Assembly: GCF_004010195.1 (NCBI RefSeq)
Contig: NW_025213461.1
Location: forward strand, 1 to 33,263
Direction of reading: 5' to 3'
Source: Chiloscyllium plagiosum
Taxonomy: Eukaryota
DNA: 33,263 nucleotides
In this document: one piece after another, positions 12,097 to 22,535 of the stretch
Layout: each line of letters starts with the position of its first letter
Numbering within the stretch: the stretch's first letter is position 1
Notes under the pieces: generated by a model
What the model was told of the DNA's origin: nothing
The model's database searches: none
What the model saw: only the letters and a program-made list of their open reading frames with translations
Made by a program: the position numbers and the translations under genes

Positions 12097-12914
12097 AGAT
12101 CATGATTGTAGATTGAGTGAAGGTGTTTTTATCTATAAACCTACTGTGCCTGCTGCAACGTCTTTTGTTTTGAATCAGGGCCTATCCTTATTGTTGTCAT
12201 TTCTCACTCCTGCTGTAGAGTGCTTCCAGGCAGTTCCTTTCTTTCCATTCCTGAAGGCTGCTGGGATAGCCTTGGTCCCCGATCTGATGCCGCCATTAGG
12301 TTAGATGATGTCTGTGTTCAGGAAAGTTTAATATTTAATGGTTTTCCTGAACATAATATAGTGCATCAGAATTTAGGAGAGGAGAGAGCATGTCGAAGCC
12401 CCTTCACATACGGATCCCAGTTCCTTTGCATTCTGAGATCATCGTGAGGTTGCTGATATGATTGTCCCTAATTATCATAGATTTCCCACATACTGCACTA
12501 ATGATATTCCTACACTGAGCTTAGACTGAATGAATTAACCATTGTCAAGTTTTCAAAAAGCAAGTTCTGAATTTGGATGCAGAAAGTACAATTGCTTTTA
12601 TCCTTGATTTTTTTTTCACAAATAACCTTTTCCTATTTTGTGACCAACCAGGATGATTCAATATTTGTCACAAGAAGTCAATTTAAAGTGTGATTCACTC
12701 TTCACAGACACCCATCAGGAAGCTGTCATGCTGCATAAAAACTGGTTGATAAGGCTCAGGATGATAGGAAATGGTTTAACTCCTCTTCACCCCAGCCTGC
12801 AAATGGAACAGTATCAGATAAATAAAGTTACTGCAGAATAGTGGTCATTCAGTTCATAATTTAGCTTAACCCTTTGGGTTTTGATATATCTATGGCAAAA
12901 TGGGTTTTGAGTCA

Positions 12915-13165
12915 TAATTAGGGGTTCAAGGTCTACTTCAGGAGATTTGAGCACAAAAGCTATGCTAGTGCTGAAGTGCAGTAATGGAGGGGAGTCTTGA
13001 TCTTTGAATGAGATGCTAAAGTTGGGACTTAAAGATCTTACCTGACTATTTTGAAGGAAAGCAGAGCAGGTCTCTCCAATATTTGTCCCTCAAAAGCATA
13101 TCATTTAATCGTTATCACTGCTGTTTATTGATCCTTGCTGAGTGTGAATTAGCTACCATGTATTA
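12915..13165 (+). mobile_element. Deu-domain SINE (SacSINE1/AmnSINE-like), degenerate
   Basis: GGTTCAAG..GAGATTTGAGCACA..GTGCAGTA..TCTTTGAATGAGATG..AAAGATC..CTATTTTGAAG..AGAGCAGG..CCAATATTT.TCCCTCAA pattern. Confidence 0.7.
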
Positions 13166-13169
13166 AAAT

Positions 13170-13345
13170 GCAGGAGTATTACAGGAGTGCAGAGATCTCA
13201 AAGAGTTGTAGGGCTGGAGATGTTTGCAGACATTAGGAAAGTTGAGCCTTAAAGAGATTGAAAACCAAACATAAGGATCTTAAAGTCACATCATTGGCAG
13301 CTAGGAGCTAACATAGGTCAATAAGCACAGAGTTCAATGTGTATT
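13170..13345 (-). mobile_element. L2-like LINE fragment
   Basis: GGAGTGCAGAGATCTC..GTTGTAGGGCTGGAGATG resembles the reverse of an L2 ORF2 C-terminal region. Confidence 0.45.
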
Positions 13346-13593
13346 AAGGTACATGCAACAAACAGTCTTCACTGCTCATAATGCAGTCTCATCTCCAGAC
13401 TCAGTAATCACTTTGTAGAACCCTCACTCAGTCCACAAGCGTAATCCTCATCTTCCAGTTGCTCATCATGCTCAATCACCATTTTGCCATGACACTCGGA
13501 TTTCTGCTCTTGGCTGACCTCAGTGTTCCAGAGAAGCTTAACACAAGATTGATGAGCAGCACCTCATCTTCAAACAGGCACTTTATCCTGGAC

Positions 13594-14089
13594 TAGGAGA
13601 AAGTGAGGCCTGCAAATGCTGGAGAGTCAGAGTCAAAACGTGTAGCACTGAAAAAACAAAACAGGTCAGGCACCATCCGAGGAGCAGGAGACTCAATATT
13701 TCGGGCATATGCCCTTCATCAGAAATGGGGGAGGGCAAGGGGGCTGAGAGATAAATGGGAAGGGGTGTGGGGCTGGGGCTAAGGTAGCTGGGAAGGCAAT
13801 AGGTAGATGAAGGTGGGGGGTGCTTGTGATAGGTCACCATCTTCTGCCTTGGGGCCCTCCAACCACATGGCATCAATGTCGATTTCACCAGTTTCCTCAT
13901 TTCCCCTTCCCCCACCTTATCCCAGATCCAAACCTCCAACTCGGCACCACCCTCTTGAACTGTCCTACTTGTCCATCTTCTTTCCCACCAATCCACTCCA
14001 TCCTCCGGTCCAACCTATCACCATCACCCCCTCTCCTGTTCCTCGGTTGCTGCCTGACCTGCTGTGCTTTTCCAGCGCCACACTTCTTG
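13594..14089. mobile_element. Younger non-autonomous Penelope element with inverted termini
   Basis: 14-bp direct repeat ACTTTATCCTGGAC at 13580-13593 and 14090-14103; internal IFCLGALQPHGINVDFTSF (GIY-YIG end, from 13839); ends match the 11205 element. Confidence 0.87.
13691..13726 (-). ncRNA. Minimal type-I hammerhead ribozyme motif with intact core
   Basis: Minus strand AUUU-CUGAUGA-A-GGGCAUAUGCCC-GAAA-UA-UU-GAGU: core, stem II, palindromic AAUAUU stem III, stem I AUUU/GAGU with wobbles. Confidence 0.7.
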
Positions 14090-14467
14090 ACTTTATCCTG
14101 GACCTCCAGCACTCAACATTGAGATTAATAACTTCAGCGCATGACCTCTTTCCTCCATTTTGATTCATGTTTTGTTTTAAATCGCACATATGGAATTTAC
14201 CACAATTGCCAGAGTCAACAAACACTGCCTTTTTTTTTGCAATCGCCAATCTATAGACTCTGTTTTCACATTTTTGTTTTCAGATAGAACTGTTTGTTAT
14301 TCTGCCATTTGCACTTACACTGAAATAAACATTCTTTTCTTTCCTGGGCCTTTGCCTTTTGTTTCTTGCCATCTTGGTTATTTAATCTCTCTCAGTTTTC
14401 CCCTGTCTATTCCAGACCTTCTCTTTTTGTCTACCTCCCCTTTCCCTGGATCCTCAGCATTAATAGG

Positions 14468-14838
14468 AAGACAACGGCCGAGGGGTATTATCAATGGACT
14501 GTTAATCCAGAGACCCAGGTAATGTTCTGGGGAGCCGAGTTTGAATCCATGGCAGATGGTGAAATCTGAATTCAATAAAAAACAAAACATTCGGAATGAA
14601 CAGTCTAATGACGACCATGAGTCTGTTGTTGATTATTGGAAAACCCCCACCTGGTTCACTAAGGGAAGGAAACGGCCATCCTTACCTGGACTGGCCTACT
14701 TATGACTCTAGATCCACAGCCTACTTATGACAACAGATCCACAGCAACGTGGTGGACACTAAACTGCCCTCTGGGCAATAAATGCTAGTCTAGCCAGTGA
14801 CCATCCAAATCCCAGTAATGATTGAATTTAAAAAAAAC
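14468..14838 (+). mobile_element. tRNA-derived SINE with old-CR1-like LINE tail
   Basis: A-box-like CGGCCGAGGGG, B-box-like AGTTTGAATCC, body CTGGTTCACTAA..GGGAAGGAAA..CCACAGCAA, tail GGCAATAAATGCTAGTCTAGCCAGTGAC, A-rich end. Confidence 0.85.
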
Positions 14839-15869
14839 AGTCCCAAAGAGTCATATATTAGATGAAAATGATGACTCTGTTTCTTACTCCACATGTGCTG
14901 CTGCACCTGCTGAGCTTTTCCAGCACTTACTGATTTTATAGGCAATTAAATTTTCATCAATAGGGTGGGAGGTGAACGACAGGAGTATTGAAGAGTTGAG
15001 GAATAAACAACACCCGATTGAGGGCTTTTGCAGTGGATCTGCTGAGAAGGGGTATTGGGGGAGGGGGATGGGATGAGAGCTGTTACAGGGCTGGAAATTA
15101 GAAGGCATTGATGGAGAAGCGGCTACGAATTTATAAAGTCATCTCAGGATCGAATAAGGTGCCAAAATTGTAAATAGTCTCATTCAGCCTCTGACAGTGA
15201 CCAGAGCTGAAGAGTGCCACTGTCAGCAGAAGGAGGCTCTGAGTTGCTAGATTTGATTTTGTTTGGCAAAGAGTGGAAAAGTTCCACTGGATTGAAAGGT
15301 GAGGCAATCTGCAGAGGCAGCAGCTGAATTTAATAAGGCGAGGGAAATATATTTCTACTCATAGGAAACTGAATCAGACGATCTGAAGGAACTGCTCGCT
15401 TGTTGAGGTGTATGACTTTTTTAAAAACAAATTAGGATATTGCTGAATTATGCAGTTCCCCCTGTTGTGAATTATGAATGACCCCTTAGGGGTGTTGAGC
15501 TCTGCCTCTTAATTTCCCAATAAATAAATAGATTGAACATTGATCTACTTATATAAGTTGCATTTCTCTGAGACCTTGCTGTGACAGTGAAATGGCTAAG
15601 GTCATGGAGTTAAGATTTTTGCATTAGAAGGTTTACAAGATAACTGTAAACCTAAGGCAAAGGTCTGTTAAAGCCCAATCGTAGGCAAGGTGAACTATCC
15701 TAATCCAGCACATGCCCTTCACACTCGCTAGTCATTTCCAAGACCCTGGGATGTCACCTACTGCCATGTGCTTGCACATCCACTGGGCAGAGGCTTAAGT
15801 GAATGAACTAATCTCTTAAAACTATTGTGCATTTTTAAGAAGAATTCTGACTGCATCAGAGGCTAGAAA

Positions 15870-16500
15870 TGTCTGGAAGAGATTGTCCACAGGAAGAGCG
15901 AGGGAAAATGGAAAGACAGGCCAGACAGGGGACGTGTATGTTCTCTGAGGAAGTGCTGGCCAGCTTGGTTAGCACATTGAATAAAGATCCATTCTACAAA
16001 GGCCATGGAGTCCTTTCAGACACACACTGCAAAGGCAGAAAGCCACAGACATTCTTGAGATCTGTAACCCCAAAGACACAGAGCACTTCTGTGTAAAGCT
16101 CAATGACCTCATAAGATTGTTGGAGGTAAGTAAAAACATTTTAAAATGCATCTGCGACTCAGTGCACTAGTTACCACATTGTCAATGCTCGATTCACCAG
16201 ACCCCATCAATAATCTTCCATGATTCAAGCCGAACACTCAGATGCTGCAATTCACCTTAATACATTCACTTCTGCTTCAAGTACCCATATCCTATAGACA
16301 CCTCATATTTCCAGTTGTTCATCTAAGAAAGGCAGATCACTCAAGCACAGTGCAATGCACTCACTAGCGTCGTTCTCTATCCCTTGAAAATAAAGTGGCC
16401 CATATCAGCATGGAGCAGTAATTTGTCTATGGGATGCCTCGAACTCCTCTCCCTCTTGGAGGAGACAATGTTCAAAATTACAGCAAATCTTCCACAGCCG
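15870..16500 (+). mobile_element. Harbinger-type Myb/SANT-like ORF relic (two exons)
   Basis: MERQARQGTCMFSEEVLASLV...CVKLNDLIRLLE^GTAAGT (donor near 16126); downstream NKVAHISMEQ..LELLSLLEETMFKI. Confidence 0.6.
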
Positions 16501-17146
16501 ACATTGCTGAAGCCACACAATGTTCTCGTCTTGTGCACCAACTCAAACCTCATTTCATCCTATTCCTGTAACTGTGTAATGGGCAATGAGGTGATCCTAT
16601 GTTTTTTTTCCTTCCACTAGTCTTCCAAATTTCCCCATATACATTTATGATTTCATATTCCCAAAAGCTGTTGAATCATCGGGAGCAAGCCCCTGCCATT
16701 CTGGTACCTGTGACACCAAAAACAGTGACACAATCAAGTCAAAATACCTGGCTTCAGGTTTTCTGAATACACAAATAATGATATTCAGGTAGAAAAAACA
16801 TTCTGTAAAAAATACTATTCCCACTGTTTTAATGCCATCAGACCTATTTCAAGAATGCCTTAGGTATTGTCATAGCAAACACTTAAAGGATTCCATCCTG
16901 TGTGAGAGTATTAGAGTGCACTTGTGTAAATTTATATTTTGGAATTCAAAATAATGTAAAATATATGGAGCATGTCACTGGAAGAAAATACAAACTGCTT
17001 TTGACAGAGGCAGTTACACATTAGGGAGTTTATGGTGGAGAGCGCTATATATTATATATTGGCCTGAGTTGTTTGTCTATTGTGACCAGGTTAATCCAAT
17101 TACTAAAGGCAAACAATAAATAATGGCTAAAACGCTACTGTTTTTT

Positions 17147-17404
17147 GACATGGTGGCTCAGTGGTTGGCACTGCTGCCTCACAGCACCAGGGGCCCGGGT
17201 TCAATTCGTGCCTTGGGCAACTGCCTGTGTGGAGTTTTCACATTGTCCCTGTGTCTGAGTGGGTTTGCTCCGGTTTCCTCCCATAGTCCAAAAGATGTGC
17301 AGGTCAGGTAAATTGGCCATGCTAAACTGCCTGTTGTGTAGGGGAATGGGTCTGGATGGGTTGCACTTCAGAGCCTGTTTCCAGACTGTAGGGAATCTAA
17401 TCTA
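17147..17404 (+). mobile_element. HE1-type V-SINE with internal deletions
   Basis: TGGCTCAGTGGTTGG A-box, GGTTCAATTC B-box, V-domain, AATCT tail. Confidence 0.92.
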
Positions 17405-17794
17405 TTACTGAAAACAAACTGCAAATGAGATGTTGAGTGTTGATTTATAGAATTGATGTTGTAGTCAGCCAATAGATATTGGCTAATTGAGTTGTTCAAC
17501 TACATTTTATTAATGGACTCTGATATGCCCAAGTTTCTTCAATTTGGCAACAATTCAGCAATTTACTAACTATACTTATTTCCAGATTTGTGACTCTTGT
17601 CATTTGTACTTAACACAGATCTTCTCAGTCTCAGTCTAATTCATTTAGGGGATTGAATAAGGAATGGGTTCTACTTACTTAGACTATCAAACCCCCTCAC
17701 AATGTCAGCATTTTCATGGCGTAGTAGACACAGTGTCAGGGCTTGCTTGGGATTACAATCCACCAAGGCTACAAAGAGTATGGATCAACAACAT

Positions 17795-18005
17795 CTTGCA
17801 CTTGTAACAGAGTAAAATGTCACAAAGTACTTCACAGGAAAAGTCTTGAACAAAATCCAACAACAAGCAATATAATGATATTAAATATTTGAGCAGAAAG
17901 AAAATAGGCATTTAGGAATGTTTAGGAATGTTTTAAAAAGAGGAAAGTGACCTGGAAGGGCAGAGAGGTTTAAGGGAAGGAGTTTCAGAGCTTAGAGTCC
18001 AGCCA
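17795..18005 (-). mobile_element. L2-like 3' fragment
   Basis: AGAGAGGTTTAAGGGAAGGAGTTTCAGAGCTTAG is the reverse of the L2 LWNSLP-type segment also seen at 27180-27210. Confidence 0.55.
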
Positions 18006-18321
18006 CAGAATTCCCAGTCACTGACCTGTTCATGTACCCACAGTACTGATATGGCTGGTTTAGTCCAATCCCAGATCAGTGGTTACATCTGCCTAGGGTC
18101 TAAGTGTTGGGGATTCAGCAATAGTAATGCTGTTAAAAATGATGTGGAGAAGATGGATTCTCTCTTGTCAGCAATGGTCATGGCCTGGCGCTTGAGTTGT
18201 TCAAATGCTAAATGACACTTATCAGCCCAAGCCTGAGCACTGTCCAGGTCTGACTTCATTTGGATATGGACTACCTTAGTATCTGAGGAATGGTTAATAG
18301 CTTTGAATAAAGAGCTCATGG

Positions 18322-19545
18322 TGTTGGAGTTAGGATAATATATTGGCGTAGATAAAGAATTGGCTCATGGGCAGGAAACAGCAAGATGGGGTAAGGGGTT
18401 CTTTTTTGGATTGGTGGCCTGCGACCAGTAGAGTTCCACAGGGACAAATGCTGGACCACAACTGTTTACAATGTATATAAATGACTTGGAGGAAGGAAGC
18501 AAATGTGCTGTAGTCAAATCGTAGATGACACAAAAATAGGTGGCAAAGCAGGTTATAAAAGAGGTACAGTTTACAGAGAGATATTGAGGTTAAAGGAATT
18601 GCAAAAAAATTACATATGGATTATAATGTGGAAAATATGAAGTTGTTCATTTGGAAAATGATTTAAATGTGGAAAAACTGCAGAAGGCTGCAACACAAAG
18701 GGACTTGAGGGGACTTGAGCACAAAACATAGAAAGCTAGCATGCAGGTGCAGCAAGTAATCAGGAAGGCTAATGGAATGTTGGCCTTCATTTCAAGGAGA
18801 TTGGATTATAAGAGTGGGGATGTTTTACTAAACTGCACAAGGTGCTGGTAAGACAACATCTGGAACACTGTGAGCAGCTTTGGTCCACTTATTTAAGGAA
18901 AGATATAATATCATTAATGACAGTTCAGAGATGGTTCACAAGAATGATATCAGATATGGAGGGATTGTCTTATGACCAAAAACTAAATAAGCTGGGATCC
19001 TACTCTCCAGAGTTTAGAAGAATGAGAGGCGATCTTAATGCATTATTTAGGGTTCTTAAGGGGCTTGACAGGGTAAATGCTGAGAGGATGTTTCCTCTCA
19101 TGAGTGAGATTAGGACCAGAGGGCACAGTCTCAGATTAAAGGGGCACCAATTTAAGACTGAGTTAAGAGGAATTTCTTCTCTGAGGGCTTACAAAGTTAA
19201 AAATCACACAACACCAGGTTATAGTCCAACAGGTTTAATTGGAAGCACACTAGCTTTTGGAGCGACGCTCCTTCATCAGATGATTAGTGGAGGGCTCAAT
19301 CCTCCAATTCTCTGAGGGTTGTGAGTCTTTAGACCTCCTTGTCACAGAGACCTGTTGGGCAGAATCTTGTGCATACTTAAGGCTGAGAGGCATAGATTCC
19401 TGACCATTATGGGAAATCAAGGCTTACAGGGAAAGCACAGGAAAATAGACATGATGAATATTGGATCAGCTATGATCTGATGGAATGGCGGAGGAAGTTC
19501 AAGAGGCAGAACTGCCTGCTCCTGTTCTTATTTCCTCTGGTTTTA
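18322..19545 (+). mobile_element. CR1 LINE ORF2 3' part
   Basis: VPQGQMLDH, LVRQHLEHCEQLWS, RMRGDL, RTRGHSLRL. Confidence 0.92.
19188..19307 (-). mobile_element. 120-bp Penelope-type insert carrying a hammerhead motif (19248-19282)
   Basis: TSD TTCTCTGAGGG at 19177-19187 and 19308-19318; minus strand CAU-CUGAUGA-A-GGAGCGUCGCUCC-AAAA-GC-UA-GUG (G12 mutated to A). Confidence 0.87.
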
Positions 19546-20490
19546 GGCTCTTACTTTCTGCAATCATTAGTGAATATCCCCAACTCTGAACTTATGATGA
19601 AGGTCAACGATGAAGCAGCAGAAGACGTCAACGATGAAGCAGCTTTCAAACATGTATTCAAGGGATGTGGGCAGCAGTGGTTAGGCTAGCATTCCTAATT
19701 GCCCTGAGAAAGCAGGGACTGAGCTGACTTCTGGAACCACTGCAGAAGATGGGGTGCAGTGCTGAGTTGAAAGAAGCTTGAGGATTTTGTCCCAGTGATA
19801 GTATAAGAATGGTTATATGATTCCAAGTCAGGATAATGAGTTGTTTGAAGGGGGACTTGCAGGTGATGATGTTCTCATGCATCTACTGCCAAAGTCACTA
19901 TTCTGAAGCACTGCTTCAGTGATATGCTGGAACTGAGATGACTGACCTCCAACAACCACAACCATCTTCCTGTGTGCCAGGTATGACTCCAACTCACAGA
20001 GAATTTGTCCCCCTGATTCCCATTGACTCTGATTTTGCTAGGGCTCCTTGATGCCACACTTTGTCAAATTTGTCAGGCCTTGATGTCAAGAGCAGCCACT
20101 CTCACTTCAGGTCTGGAATTCAGCTCTTTTATCCATGTTTGAACCCTAGGCCCTGATGAGGTCAGGAGTTCCTGAGTGGCCCTGCTTGAACCCAAACTGA
20201 GTCTCAGTGACTGGGTTATTATTGAGTAAGTGTGCTTTATAGGACTGTTGATTACCCCTTCCAATACATTATTGATAACTAAGAGTAGATTGTTCGGGTC
20301 ATAATTTGCAGGGTTAGATATTTCCTGGTTTTTGTGGATCAGACGTACCTGGACAATTTTCCTCATTGTCAGGTAGATGCCAGTGTTGTTATTGTACTGG
20401 AGCTGCTTGGCTAGGGATGTGGCAAGTTCTGGAGCACAACTCTTCAATATTATTGCTGGAAAGTAGCCAGGCTTTATAGTCTTTGTAGTA

Positions 20491-20691
20491 CAGGCAGTCT
20501 TTGGGTTGCGAACAAGTTCTATTCTGGGGTCCATTCGCAAGTAAATTTGTATGTAAGTCTGAACACAGTGCAGGAGAATATAAAGGAGCCATTTGTAAGT
20601 ACACAAAATGTTTGTATGCCAGGTCTTTAAGAGATCACATTGTAAATACAAGTGTTCATCAGTCAGATATTTGTAAATCAGGAGCCTCCTG
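20491..20691. mobile_element. Tigger/pogo-like MITE
   Basis: TA|CAGGCAGTCTTTGGGTTGCGAACA ... TATTTGTAAATCAGGAGCCTCCTG|TG: degenerate TIRs at a TA target; host LINE resumes on both sides. Confidence 0.65.
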
Positions 20692-21635
20692 TGCCTGGTG
20701 TCTTCAGCTTGATATCATGCGGACTGTATCAAATTGGCTGAAGACAGCTATTAATAATGCTGGGGATCTCAGGGGGTGACTGAATGAGGATGGGGTATTT
20801 GTGGAGTCTCTTTCTCCAGTGAGTTGTTTAATGGTCTGCCACAATTCACAACTGGATATAGCAGGACTGCAGAGCTTCAATGTGATTTATTGATTATGGG
20901 ATCTCTCCCTCAGTATATCACACAATATTTATCTCCTGGGAATGCAAATAGACCTGTGTTGTGACTTCACCAGGTGGACACCTCATTTTGAGGTATGCCT
21001 GGTGCTGCTCCTTGCATACCCTCCTGCATTCCTCATTAAACTAGGATTGATCCTCTGACTGGATGGTAAAGGCAGAGTTGGGAATATGCTACATCAAAAA
21101 GTTATAGGTCATGGTTGAATATATACTGTTGATGGTTCACAATCTTGGATTTGCTAGTCTTAGAATTTCTGCTTGAAATGTATCCAATTTAATGTGGTGG
21201 TCATGCAAATAACACAATGAAGGATATCCACAATATGATTTCATTTTCATAGATACTGTGCAGTCATCACTCCTAACAGTACATGGACAGATGCACCTAC
21301 AACAGGTAAATTGGTGAGGACAAGTCAAATATGCTTGTCCCTCTTGTTGGTTCTCTCATCACTCAGTTTAGCAGTTATGTCCTTTAGGGCTAGACAAGCC
21401 CATTCAGTGGTGGTGCTACTGAGTCACTCTTGGTGACAAGCAGACATTGATGTCCCTGACCCAGAGTACATTTTGTGCACTTGATACCCTCAGTGCTTCT
21501 TCAGAGTGTTGTTTGACAAGGAAGAATATTAATGGATGGGGTTGTGGGGGGAATAGGTGATGGTCAACAGGAAGTTTCCTTGCCCATGTTTGACCTGATA
21601 CCATGAAACTTCATGGCTTCCACAGTTCATGTTGA

Positions 21636-21827
21636 AAAATGTGCTGCAAAAGCACGGCTGGTTAGGCAGCATCCGAGGAGCAGGAGAATCGATGTCATAT
21701 TTCCTGATGAAGAGCTTATGCTTGAAAAGCCAACTCTCCTGCTCCTCGGATGCTGCCTGACTGGCTGTGCTTTTCCAGCACCACATGTTTTGACTCTGAT
21801 CTCCAGCATCTGCAGTCTTCACTCTCT
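21636..21827 (+). mobile_element. Palindromic Penelope-derived insert with hammerhead motif (21700-21735)
   Basis: Direct repeat CACAGTTCAT at 21621-21630 and 21828-21837; CTGATGA-AGAGCTTATGCTT-GAAAAGCC; inverted GCAGCATCCGAGGAGCAGGAG arms. Confidence 0.87.
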
Positions 21828-22454
21828 CACAGTTCATATTAAGAATTCCAAGGGCAACTTCCTTCCAACTGTAACGTCACTTCTGTAACAGCAATGGTTG
21901 TGTCTGAGACATTTTCTGTAACATATGATTCTGTGACAATGGATATGTCAGGCTGTTGCTTGACTAGTCTGTGGACCATTCTCCCACTTCTTTGTAAGGG
22001 GGACTTTGAAGGGTCAACAAGACTGTGTTTGCAGTGTCATCATCAATGTTGAGTGGTCAGTCCAATTTCCTTCCTCTTATCAAACTACGTAGCAGCACTA
22101 GGCAAAGGCAGAGAGCATTTGAGGGTCAGTCACATCGCTTCGGATCTGGAGTTATCTATAATCCAGTCTAGGTGAAAACAGCACATTTTCCTCACTTAAA
22201 GAAATTAGTAAACCAGATGGGTTTTTAGGCAATTGTATAATTTTGTGGTCAAATCATTAGATTAGCTTTTAATTTATTTTTAAAACTAACTGAGCATTAT
22301 TTGTGTCATGGGATTATTAATTATTGATTAGAATGCTACCATCTCCCCAGACTGTGTGTTGGTATCTCTGCGACTACCATGTCTTCACACTGATCAAAGC
22401 CACATTTATTTATTCATAACGAGGAACTGTTATTGTTAGATATTCATCTTGCAG

Positions 22455-22535
22455 CCTGGTGTATTTTTGAATGTTGCATTTTTCATTGTCTACAAAATTG
22501 GAGAAGAGCCAGATGTAGTCTCTGCAAGCTCAAAT
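22455..22535 (+). other. Candidate 81-nt exon
   Basis: TTCATCTTGCAG | 27 open codons PGVFLNVAFFIVYKIGEEPDVVSASSN | AAT^GTGAGT. Confidence 0.25.

Larger units (their letters stand above)
13350..14940 (+). mobile_element. Old Penelope-like element: GIY-YIG C-terminus, pyrimidine-rich UTR and terminal repeat, with two nested insertions
   Basis: RLSNHFVE../SVHKRNPHLPVAHH../ISALG*PQCSREA*HKIDEQHLIF, resuming LNIEINNFSA* after 14108; terminal part at 14840-14940. Confidence 0.8.
18010..19625 (-). mobile_element. Old CR1-like LINE RT fragment (18010-18310 and 19555-19625) split by a CR1 insertion
   Basis: ORF 18083-18319 DLDSAQAWADKCHLAF..KRQAMTI; minus-strand GIFTNDC (decayed MFADDC) near 19560-19580. 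Confidence 0.7.
19660..22348 (-). mobile_element. Old CR1-like LINE, near end-to-end (SINE-like 5' head, APE, RT, 3' end), internally deleted
   Basis: APE start HRLVKQQPDISIVTESY (~21975-21925), EEALRVSSAQNVLWVRDINV, RT LKSCAPELATSLAK..SNPANY..VAALDIKA; 3' end near 19660; head at 22105-22348. Confidence 0.82.

Noticed and set aside
11400..12470. Possible RTE-type LINE relic around the SINE
   Set aside because: Only weak peptide hints (e.g. ASDRG); cannot be supported by eye
12653..12841. 62-aa ORF after an AG as an exon
   Set aside because: No donor and no recognisable peptide
13583..14249. Cluster of overlapping 70-137 aa ORFs
   Set aside because: They arise from purine/pyrimidine-biased Penelope UTR; only the GIY-YIG tail is meaningful
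14950..15420. Possible L2 relic
   Set aside because: Too decayed for a motif-level call
20073..20651. 192-aa ORF as a gene
   Set aside because: Chance fusion of a MITE and decayed LINE RT
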